DNA from: an uncultured Desulfuromonas sp.
GTDB taxonomy: Bacteria > Desulfobacterota > Desulfuromonadia > Desulfuromonadales > Desulfuromonadaceae
Length of the DNA stretch: 53,275 nucleotides
Assembly (NCBI GenBank): GCA_964444945.1
Contig: CAYUJC010000003.1
Location: 1 to 53,275, forward strand
Direction: 5' to 3'
In this document: positions 46,391 through 53,275 of the stretch, piece after piece
How the letters are laid out: every line of letters starts with the position of its first letter
Position numbering within the stretch: the stretch's first letter is position 1
Notes under the pieces: model-generated
The model's database searches: none
What the model saw: the letters and a program-made list of their open reading frames with translations, nothing else
What the model was told of the DNA's origin: nothing
Position numbers and translations under genes: made by a program

Positions 46391-46657
46391 ATGAAAATGG
46401 TACAGGCCCAGCATCGCCTGCTGGTGTTCAATTCGGTCCATCGGGTGATGGTGGCCGAAATAAAACTCAAAGATGCATTTGCGGTTCTGCTGATACCGGT
46501 CCCCCCGGATATCTCCGCGGACTGCGGCATGGTGCTCCGTTTTAATGGCGTGGATGAAGAGCAGATTGTCCAGAGGTTGCGCCAACTGAAACTTGAGCCG
46601 TTCAGCATCTATGCTCCGCAGGCACAGGGCTACGTGCAGACCGGGGAATTTTCTTGA
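46391..46657 (+). CDS. hypothetical protein (88 aa); coding status uncertain
   Basis: ATG start with a GGGAGAAG Shine-Dalgarno 5 nt upstream. The pattern looks globular (LLVFNSV, VMVAEIKL, AFAVLLIPV, then helix EEQIVQRLRQLKL). An equally long antisense ORF (46358-46660) exists. I recognise no family. Confidence 0.45.
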   Translation: MKMVQAQHRLLVFNSVHRVMVAEIKLKDAFAVLLIPVPPDISADCGMVLRFNGVDEEQIVQRLRQLKLEPFSIYAPQAQGYVQTGEFS

Positions 46658-46682
46658 CAACGCCGGAGCCCCTAACTATAGT
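46654..46682 (+). promoter_or_regulatory. near-consensus sigma70-type promoter for ffh (TTGACA-17 nt-TATAGT)
   Basis: TTGACA at 46654-46659, an exact 17-nt spacer, and TATAGT at 46677-46682. This is about 70 nt upstream of the ffh ATG. The -35 overlaps the stop codon of the 88-aa ORF. Confidence 0.6.
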
Positions 46683-46750
46683 CACCGTCTGCTATTTTTG
46701 CACAATTTGCGCAGTGCTGTAGGCGCTGCTGCAGGATAACGGGGAAATAA

Positions 46751-48109
46751 ATGTTTGACGGTTTAAGTGACAAGCTTGATTCGGTGTTCAGTAAGTTGCG
46801 TGGGCAGGGGCGTCTGACCGAGGCCCAAGTTATTGAAGCCCTGCGTGAAGTGCGGCTGGTGCTCCTCGAAGCCGACGTAAACTTCAAGGTTGTTAAAGAT
46901 TTTATTGCTGCGGTGCAACAGCGCGCGACCGGCAGTGATGTGCTCAAGAGCCTGAGTCCGGATCAGCAGGTTATAAAGATAGTCCGCGATGAGCTCGGGC
47001 GCCTGATGGGTGAGGGGGAGGACAATCAACTTAACCTCGCGGCCAGCCCACCGGTGACCATCATGCTCTGTGGTTTGCAGGGTGCGGGTAAAACTACAAC
47101 CTGCGGCAAGCTGGCAAAAAAACTGCGGCAGGAAAAACGTAAGCCCCTTATGGTTCCAGCCGACGTGTATCGCCCGGCTGCCATCGAGCAGCTCAAAACC
47201 CTGGGGCGCCAGCTCGAAATAGATGTGTTCGACTCAGACCCACAGCAAAGCCCGGTAGATATCTGTACTCAGGCGCACACCTACGCGGCGAATCATGGCT
47301 ACGATACCCTGCTTCTGGATACCGCAGGGCGTCTGCACATCGACGACACCCTCATGCTGGAGCTGGAGCAGATCAGCGCGGCCCTTAAGCCGCAGGAGAT
47401 CTTGTTCGTAGCCGATGCCATGACCGGCCAGGACGCGGTAAACGTAGTCAAAGAATTTGATGCGCGTCTCAATATTACCGGGGTGATCCTGACCAAGCTT
47501 GATGGTGACGCCAGAGGCGGTGCCGCCCTGTCGGTCCGCGCCGTAACCGGAAAACCGATCAAGTTTGTCGGTGTAGGGGAGAAGCTTGATGCCCTTGAGG
47601 TGTTCCATGCCGATCGGATGGCGCAGCGGATTCTGGATATGGGGGATGTCCTCTCCCTGATCGAGAAAGCTGAAGCGAGTATAGACAAGGATGAAGCGGC
47701 GCGGATGGAAGAGTCTATGCGCAGCGATGGCTTCACCCTGGAGACATTTCGCGATCAGTTGCAGATGATCAAGAAGATGGGTTCCATGAGTTCGCTGATG
47801 AAGATGATCCCCGGCATGAACAAAGCGATGAAAAAGGCCAGCGGCATGCAGGTCCCAGATAAGGAACTGAAGAAGATTGAGGCGATCATCTCTTCCATGA
47901 CCGCACAGGAGCGGCGCAACCATAAGCTGATCAATGGTTCACGCCGCTTGCGCATTGCCAAGGGGAGCGGCTCCCGGATTCAGGACGTCAATCAGCTGCT
48001 CAAGCGCTTTACCGAAGCGCAGAAGATGATGAAGAAAATGCAAAAGATGGGTCCGAAAGGGCTCAAGAATATGCTCGGGGGCGGCGCAGGTCCGCAGCTC
48101 CCCTTCTGA
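46751..48109 (+). CDS. ffh: signal recognition particle protein Ffh
   Basis: 452-aa ORF with MFDGLSDKLDSVFSKLRG, GLQGAGKTTTCGKLA, DTAGRL, TKLDGDARGGAALS and a Met-rich M domain. Confidence 0.97.
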   Translation: MFDGLSDKLDSVFSKLRGQGRLTEAQVIEALREVRLVLLEADVNFKVVKDFIAAVQQRATGSDVLKSLSPDQQVIKIVRDELGRLMGEGEDNQLNLAASPPVTIMLCGLQGAGKTTTCGKLAKKLRQEKRKPLMVPADVYRPAAIEQLKTLGRQLEIDVFDSDPQQSPVDICTQAHTYAANHGYDTLLLDTAGRLHIDDTLMLELEQISAALKPQEILFVADAMTGQDAVNVVKEFDARLNITGVILTKLDGDARGGAALSVRAVTGKPIKFVGVGEKLDALEVFHADRMAQRILDMGDVLSLIEKAEASIDKDEAARMEESMRSDGFTLETFRDQLQMIKKMGSMSSLMKMIPGMNKAMKKASGMQVPDKELKKIEAIISSMTAQERRNHKLINGSRRLRIAKGSGSRIQDVNQLLKRFTEAQKMMKKMQKMGPKGLKNMLGGGAGPQLPF

Positions 48110-48214
48110 TTGCACCCGAAATATACCAGATTTAGTGCAGGGTATAGTACCCTGGCACTCCCGTGCCTGCAGAGAGACCGCAGGCGTTTGTACCAACTCA
48201 CGAGAGGAAAAAAA

Positions 48215-48484
48215 ATGGCAGTAAAAATCAGATTAGCCCGTGGTGGCGCTAAGAAGAAACCCTTCTACCAGATTGTCGTAGCGGACGAACGGTGCCCGCG
48301 TGATGGTCGTTACATCGAAAACCTGGGGCAGTATAATCCCCGGGCAGAAAAAGATCAGATCAGGCTCGACGCGGAGCGCGCTCTGAGCTGGCTCAATAAA
48401 GGGGCTCAACCTTCCCTGGCAGTTATCAAGCTGTTGCGCCAGGAAGGGGTGTGGAGCACATTTAAAGGGATTAAACAGGCGTAA
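48215..48484 (+). CDS. rpsP: 30S ribosomal protein S16
   Basis: MAVKIRLARGGAKKKPFYQIVVADERCPRDGRYIENLGQYNP. Start at ATG 48215, inside the longer track ORF. Confidence 0.95.
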   Translation: MAVKIRLARGGAKKKPFYQIVVADERCPRDGRYIENLGQYNPRAEKDQIRLDAERALSWLNKGAQPSLAVIKLLRQEGVWSTFKGIKQA

Positions 48485-48556
48485 CCATCTGCGCCGCAGC
48501 CTCAATACTGCAGGCTTAAAACATCTGAACCGACACAGGAGAACACAGCGCCGGAT

Positions 48557-49126
48557 ATGGACGCAGAAAAACGCACAGCGCAAACGGGCACAGAGAGTTT
48601 TCTGGCTGGCCTGATAACCTCGACCCACGGTCTTAAAGGGGAGGTGAAGATTCGCCCCGAGCAGGCTGCGGTTGCGGCGTTGTGTGATGCGCGTGAATAT
48701 CAGCTGCGTGTTGCCCCTCCCTCCGGTACGGACCCCTGCTTGAACCCAGACACAACCGTTACCGTGCGCCGCGCTTCAGTGCACAAGCAGTTGATCCTGG
48801 CTGCGTTTGCAGGGTATGAGCATATTGATAGCGTAAAGGGGTTTATCGGTGCCGAGGTTTGGATTGATCCACAGATGCTGCCTGAAGTTACCGACGGAAA
48901 CTACTACTGGCACCAGCTTAAAGGGCTGAGCGTAGTTGATCATACATTGGGTGCTGTAGGAATCCTGCACGATAAGCTCTCTACTCCGGCGCACGACATC
49001 TACATCGTGCAGGGATCATATGGTGAGGTGATGATTCCCGCCGTACCGGCGCTGGTACAGGAGGTGGACTGGGACACAGGCGTCCTGCATGTAACCCTGC
49101 CGCAGGGACTGGTTGAGATTAACTGA
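48557..49126 (+). CDS. rimM: ribosome maturation factor RimM
   Basis: [17 protein letters not shown] (RimM N-domain) followed by a PRC-barrel C-terminus. Conserved position between rpsP and trmD. The start is somewhat uncertain. Confidence 0.85.
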   Translation: MDAEKRTAQTGTESFLAGLITSTHGLKGEVKIRPEQAAVAALCDAREYQLRVAPPSGTDPCLNPDTTVTVRRASVHKQLILAAFAGYEHIDSVKGFIGAEVWIDPQMLPEVTDGNYYWHQLKGLSVVDHTLGAVGILHDKLSTPAHDIYIVQGSYGEVMIPAVPALVQEVDWDTGVLHVTLPQGLVEIN

Positions 49127-49830
49127 TGCAGTTTGCCGTCCTCAGCCTGTTTCCGCAGATGTTTTCTTCCCCCTTTGCCCAGAGCATTATCGGCAAGGCG
49201 GTGGAGAAGGGATTGCTCAGAATCGAGGCACACCAGTTGCGCGATTATGCACAAGGTCGCCATCAGGTCACCGATGATGCCCCGTATGGGGGCGGTGATG
49301 GGATGGTGATGAAGCCGGAGCCAGTGTGCCGGGGCATAGAGGATATGCGCCAGCGCTACCCGCAGGCACAGGTGGTTCTCCTTACGCCCCAGGGGCGGAT
49401 GTTTAACCAGGCTGAAGCACAGCGTTTGGCCAGCCACAAAGCTCTGGTCCTTGTGTGTGGGCGCTACGAGGGGTTTGATGAGCGGATTCGCACCTATGTG
49501 GATGCAGAATACTCCATCGGTGATTACGTCCTCACCGGCGGGGAGCTTCCGGCCATGGTGATTATAGATGCGGTGGCCCGTCTGGTTCCAGGAGTGCTGG
49601 GCAACGCCGGCAGCGCCGGACAGGATTCTCATAGTGACGGGTTGCTCGAATTCCCCCACTACACCCGCCCGGTGGAATTCGATGGACAGCAGGTGCCAGA
49701 GGTTCTCCTTTCCGGCAACCATGCCCACATTGAAGCGTGGCGGCGCAAGCAGCAGCTCGAACGCACCAAAGAGCGGCGCCCCGATTTGTGGCAACGTTAT
49801 GTGCAGCAAGATGGCAACAAGATGATATAA
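49126..49830 (+). CDS. trmD: tRNA (guanine37-N1)-methyltransferase
   Basis: 234-aa ORF with [28 protein letters not shown] and [14 protein letters not shown]. It overlaps the rimM stop by 1 nt (TGATG). Confidence 0.96.
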   Translation: MQFAVLSLFPQMFSSPFAQSIIGKAVEKGLLRIEAHQLRDYAQGRHQVTDDAPYGGGDGMVMKPEPVCRGIEDMRQRYPQAQVVLLTPQGRMFNQAEAQRLASHKALVLVCGRYEGFDERIRTYVDAEYSIGDYVLTGGELPAMVIIDAVARLVPGVLGNAGSAGQDSHSDGLLEFPHYTRPVEFDGQQVPEVLLSGNHAHIEAWRRKQQLERTKERRPDLWQRYVQQDGNKMI

Positions 49831-49974
49831 AAGATTGAACTTAAGCAAAACAAGGTCGCCCAGGCGGCAGCAAAGCATAAACAAAGCAATAAACTAATCC
49901 ATAAACCAAGTTGTTAATGTTGGCATAAGTTAAATGATATTGTTCTCCGCGAGAGCAATAGCAAGGAGACCGCG

Positions 49975-50322
49975 ATGAATATCGTAGACGAAATCGGAAA
50001 TGAGCAGTTGAAACAGGATCTCCCGTTGTTCAAAGGTGGGGATACCCTGCGTGTGCACGTTAAGATCCAGGAAGGAGCCAAAGAGCGTATCCAGATATTC
50101 CAGGGGATGTGCATCAAGCGTATGAACAACGGTATCGGTTCTACCTTTACCGTGCGTAAAATGTCAGGTGGAATGGGAGTAGAGCGTATTTTCCCCCTCC
50201 ACTCCCCCAATGTTGCCAAAATAGAAGTTCTCACCGTTGGACGTGTACGCCGCGCGAAGATGTATTACCTGCGCAAGTTGCAGGGCAAGGCCGCACGTAT
50301 CCGCGAGCTGCGCAAGAACTGA
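49975..50322 (+). CDS. rplS: 50S ribosomal protein L19
   Basis: 115 aa: [34 protein letters not shown]...TVRK...[11 protein letters not shown]. Confidence 0.96.
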   Translation: MNIVDEIGNEQLKQDLPLFKGGDTLRVHVKIQEGAKERIQIFQGMCIKRMNNGIGSTFTVRKMSGGMGVERIFPLHSPNVAKIEVLTVGRVRRAKMYYLRKLQGKAARIRELRKN

Positions 50323-50350
50323 TTTAGCCGCGCAAACGCTCTTTAGTTAA

Positions 50351-50392
50351 CACCAAAACCCGGATCGGCAGCTGCTGCTCCGGGTTTTGGTG
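50351..50392 (+). terminator. long stem-loop after rplS (probable terminator or processing element)
   Basis: CACCAAAACCCGGAtcggcagctgctgcTCCGGGTTTTGGTG. A 14-bp perfect stem, but the trailing U-tract is poor (ttcctg). Confidence 0.5.
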
Positions 50393-50395
50393 TTC

Positions 50396-50426
50396 CTGTC
50401 GACCCGTGCTGCTGTCGACCTGTGCT
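50396..50426. repeat. tandem 15-mer CTGTCGACC(C/T)GTGCT x2
   Basis: Read directly: 50396-50410 and 50412-50426, with one mismatch. Each unit carries a GTCGAC palindrome. Confidence 0.7.
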
Positions 50427-50509
50427 TCAATAACGGAAGATGGCACTGCCGAGGCGGTAATCACAGCGGAAGTGGCCAGCTTTAATGGCCCCGATTGGGT
50501 GGATTGTTC

Positions 50510-51088
50510 ATGGGTGAATATATTTCTGTATGTGGTGTAGATGAAGCAGGCAGGGGCAGTCTGGTGGGCGAAGTTTACTGCGCTGCCGTAATATTGCCGG
50601 CATCGCTGGTAATTCCCGGGCTCAACGATTCAAAAAAACTCACTCCGAAAAAACGGACAACGCTTGCCCAGCAGATAAAAGAACAGGCCCTGGCGTGGAG
50701 CATCGCAACCGCGTCAATGGATGAAATAATCGAATTCAATATTCTCCATGCAACCCTGCGCGCGATGGCAAAGGCGGTAGAGGGCTTGAGCCTGCGTCCC
50801 GAAAGAGTCCTGGTGGACGGTAACAAAGCACCGAAACTGGCAATGCCGGTTGAGACTATTATTAAAGGTGATCTGCTCGTCCCCGCCATCAGCGCCGCCT
50901 CCATCCTGGCAAAAGTGGCGCGTGACAAGAAAATGGTCGAACTCCATGCAGAATATCCACTGTATGGGTTCGATCGCCACAAGGGGTACTTGACCAAAGC
51001 CCACCTGGAAGCCCTTAACATCTACGGCCCCTGCCCGGAACATCGCATAACCTTCTCCCCCATCTGCAAAATGATCGCGGCAAAATGA
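50510..51088 (+). CDS. rnhB: ribonuclease HII
   Basis: GVDEAGRGSLVGEVYCAAV (catalytic DEAGRG), DSKKLTPKKR, and GYLTKAHLEAL near the C-terminus. Start taken as ATG 50510. Confidence 0.93.
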   Translation: MGEYISVCGVDEAGRGSLVGEVYCAAVILPASLVIPGLNDSKKLTPKKRTTLAQQIKEQALAWSIATASMDEIIEFNILHATLRAMAKAVEGLSLRPERVLVDGNKAPKLAMPVETIIKGDLLVPAISAASILAKVARDKKMVELHAEYPLYGFDRHKGYLTKAHLEALNIYGPCPEHRITFSPICKMIAAK

Positions 51089-51180
51089 TACTGGTGGCTC
51101 CGCGCGGATTACTTAAGGTTTAGCAGTGAGCGGCTTATGGCGGGGGAAGATCATAACGAATGGATTTACCAAAAAACAAT

Positions 51181-51216
51181 ACTGTACAAGCCACGGCACT
51201 ACTGTACAAGCCACGG
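51181..51216. repeat. direct repeat ACTGTACAAGCCACGG x2, spaced 20 bp start to start
   Basis: Identical 16-mers at 51181-51196 and 51201-51216. Each contains the palindrome TGTACA. They lie in the gene-free spacer downstream of rnhB. Confidence 0.85.
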
Positions 51217-51713
51217 ATATCCTGCTCCAGCCCTTTTCAGCGCGCAGCCAATCGTGCGGTGCTGTCGACCCAATCCTCAAGTAGTTTCACGAATGCCGAA
51301 TAAAAACTGTAAATGACGAATGACATAGCGCTTTGTTTTGCTATGCTTTTGCAAGAACCCAACCTGGCATCCCGGGGAGAAAGTAACCGAGGGGCTGAGG
51401 AGGTGGATGGAGCGTTGGACTGAATACTCTCGAAGGGGCGCCCGTTTGCCAAAAGGCGCGTGGTGATAGCTGTGAGTGATGGCGTTTTCAGCCGCGTTGT
51501 GCCACGGAGTCGGACTGGTCCCCATTGTCGGGCCCAAAGCCGAATTTCAGCGCTAGCCAGGAGCCAGGTCTGAACCGCAAACTTACAGGCAGGGCCAAGG
51601 GCAAGACACCGCCCTGGTTGACGCCGCAACAGGTCAAGCGAGTCCATGAACTCCATGAGAAACCAGGGCGTCAAGGCCTTCCAGCAGCTGAAACATTGAA
51701 AAAGGGAGATTGC

Positions 51714-53275
51714 ATGCGCAAGCTGAATCATTCTGCACCAGGTGGACCCGGAATCGCAGCGCGCTGGACTTCCAGCGCCAAAACCGCTGTTGGCACGGCT
51801 CTCAGCAACAAGAGCCATGTCTGGTTCACACTGAGCCACGGCATCTTTAACGAGATCTATTACCCCCGCATCGACCAGGCATGTGTGCGCGACATGGGGT
51901 TGATCATCACGGACGAAGCGGGTTTCTTCTCCGAGGAGAAACGTCACGCCGACTCCGCAGTGCACTGGTTGGCCAACGGTGTGCCTGCATTCCGGCTGGT
52001 CAACACCTGTCGTGATGGGCGCTACCGTATCGAAAAACAGATCGTAACCGATCCCCAGCGGGACACGGTACTACAACAAGTTCAGCTTCGCGCGCAGCAA
52101 GGCGCACTGTCCGCTTATCGCCTCCATGTTCTGCTTGCGCCGCATCTGGGGAACCACGGTGACGACAATACCGCCTGGGTGGATGACTTTGAGGGTACAC
52201 CGCTATTATTTGCCCAGCGGGAAGGAAACGCTTTGGCCTTAGCCTGCTCCGTGCCGTGGAAAAAACGCGCGGCCGGCTACGTCGGTTCGTCGGATGGTTG
52301 GCAGGATTTGAAGGCGCACAACCAGTTGACCTGGGAATATACCCGGGCAGAGAACGGCAATGTGGCCTTGACTGCCGAGATTGATCTTGCCAAGACGCAG
52401 GGAAACTTCATCCTGGCGCTCGGTTTTGGCAGCGACGCAGGCGAAGCGGCCCGGAATGCCATCGCCAGCCTTCACGACGGTTTTGCCAAGATAAAACACG
52501 CCTACATCGCTGGCTGGCAGAAATGGCTGAAGACGCATACATCGCGGCAGAAAAGTGGACTTAGTCCGGATGATCTTTCCAGGGTCAGTCTCGCGATCCT
52601 GCGCACCCATGAGTCCAAGACTGTGCCTGGCGGTCTCATCGCCAGCCTCTCCATCCCGTGGGGATTCAGTAAAGGAGACAATGATTTAGGCGGTTATCAC
52701 CTCGTCTGGGCGCGCGACATGGTGGAAGCGGCTGGTGGTTTGTTGGCTGCGGGTGCGCATGAAGACGTACGTCGTGTGCTCGCGTATTTGCAGACCACCC
52801 AGCTGTCGGATGGGCATTGGCCGCAGAACATGTGGTTGGACGGCTCGCCTTATTGGAACGGAATTCAAATGGACGAAACGTCTTTACCGATTCTCCTGGT
52901 GGATCTGGCCCAGCGCGAAAAGGCATTGGTCAAGGGCGATGTGGCCCGGTTCTGGCCGATGGTGAAGAAGGCCGCAGGTTATCTGGTCCGCAGCGGTCCG
53001 GTGAGCCCGCAGGACCGCTGGGAGGAAGACCCCGGCTATTCTCCGTTCACGGTTGGCGCTGAAATTGCCGCACTGCTGGCGGCGGCGGATCTGGCGGATC
53101 TGAATAACGAAGCCGCCATTGCAAGCTACTTGCGTGAGATCGCGGACGTGTGGCACACCTCCATCGACCGCTGGATGTATGTGTCCGGAACGGACTGGTG
53201 TCAGAAGTTCAAGGTCGAAGGGTATTACGTCAGGATCGGCCCGATTGAGACAGGGGAAGAAGTGCCGCGTTTTCA
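51714..53275 (+). CDS. glycoside hydrolase family 15 glucoamylase / glucan 1,4-alpha-glucosidase-like; 3' end lies beyond the window
   Basis: My own translation from ATG 51714 (AAGGGAG Shine-Dalgarno 5 nt upstream) gives MRKLNHSAPGGPGIAARWTSSAKTAVGTAL...FTLSHGIFNEIYYPRIDQACVRDMGLIITD...GGYHLVWARDM...QMDETSLPILL...PQDRWEE. The frame stays open to the last base. It is not in the ORF track because there is no stop. Confidence 0.88.
   Translation, partial: MRKLNHSAPGGPGIAARWTSSAKTAVGTALSNKSHVWFTLSHGIFNEIYYPRIDQACVRDMGLIITDEAGFFSEEKRHADSAVHWLANGVPAFRLVNTCRDGRYRIEKQIVTDPQRDTVLQQVQLRAQQGALSAYRLHVLLAPHLGNHGDDNTAWVDDFEGTPLLFAQREGNALALACSVPWKKRAAGYVGSSDGWQDLKAHNQLTWEYTRAENGNVALTAEIDLAKTQGNFILALGFGSDAGEAARNAIASLHDGFAKIKHAYIAGWQKWLKTHTSRQKSGLSPDDLSRVSLAILRTHESKTVPGGLIASLSIPWGFSKGDNDLGGYHLVWARDMVEAAGGLLAAGAHEDVRRVLAYLQTTQLSDGHWPQNMWLDGSPYWNGIQMDETSLPILLVDLAQREKALVKGDVARFWPMVKKAAGYLVRSGPVSPQDRWEEDPGYSPFTVGAEIAALLAAADLADLNNEAAIASYLREIADVWHTSIDRWMYVSGTDWCQKFKVEGYYVRIGPIETGEEVPRF

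Noticed and set aside
49000-49884. 294-aa ORF antisense to rimM/trmD
   Set aside because: It lies opposite two strongly conserved genes that overlap by 1 nt. I recognise no domain.
50441-50456. Sigma54-like TGGCAC-N5-AGGC upstream of rnhB
   Set aside because: The spacing is correct, but the -12 element is AGGC rather than TTGC. A sigma54 promoter for RNase HII has no biological rationale and no enhancer-binding protein gene is nearby. It is probably chance.
51481-51713. In-frame upstream extension of the GH15 ORF and a possible resolvase or transposase HTH remnant (..KTPPWLTPQQVKRVHELHEK..)
   Set aside because: There is no ATG or GTG with a Shine-Dalgarno in the extension. GH15 homologues begin just before the APG.PGI..RWTSSAK block, where ATG 51714 has a strong Shine-Dalgarno. 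The HTH resemblance is too weak to call without a database search.
51237-51965. 242-aa minus-strand ORF covering the rnhB-GH15 spacer and the GH15 start
   Set aside because: Its 5' third is antisense to the clearly coding GH15 N-terminus. The remainder has no family resemblance and no Shine-Dalgarno. I treat the spacer as non-coding until shown otherwise.

Overview
This is a chromosomal, mostly housekeeping window with about 46 protein genes. I saw no rRNA, tRNA, CRISPR array, IS element, integrase, phage gene or recognisable defence gene by eye; no tRNA or Rfam scan was possible. The genome is GC-rich and Gram-negative. Its gene content (system II cytochrome c biogenesis ResB/CcsA, RNase J, DUF721/DciA, a c-type cytochrome, GH57) fits a Desulfobacterota or delta-proteobacterium-like organism, but that is inference only.

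Gene order, left to right:
- partial csp, then ftsK-uppP-rnj (minus strand)
- rpsU, a TauE/SafE permease, and a CPA2 antiporter fused to a PTS-EIIA(Ntr)-type domain
- long-form gap, a YfcH-like SDR, fba, speD, a MATE pump, DUF2905, and an RluA-family synthase
- a 14-kb alpha-glucan (glycogen) locus: short GT35 phosphorylase, then a 490-nt non-coding spacer, then glk-glgC-GH57-malQ-glgB-glgA-glgP
- a cytochrome c, then thiC and a thiE-thiD fusion behind a TPP riboswitch with its own terminator
- alr, translationally coupled to a stand-alone RACo-type ASKHA (DUF4445) ATPase
- purH-purD-purE, resB-ccsA, bfr, and a CorA carrying GTN instead of GMN
- an NPPF methyltransferase, DciA-like DUF721 plus a small membrane protein, and ffh-rpsP-rimM-trmD-rplS-rnhB
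- a 620-nt gene-free spacer and a partial GH15 glucoamylase running off the right edge

I found no convincing novel multi-gene system. The most unusual items are:
- the alr/ASKHA pair
- the antiporter-EIIA fusion
- the GTN CorA
- three unexplained non-coding stretches: the rpsU 3' region with an octamer repeat, the spacer inside the glycogen locus, and the rnhB-GH15 spacer with 16-mer direct repeats
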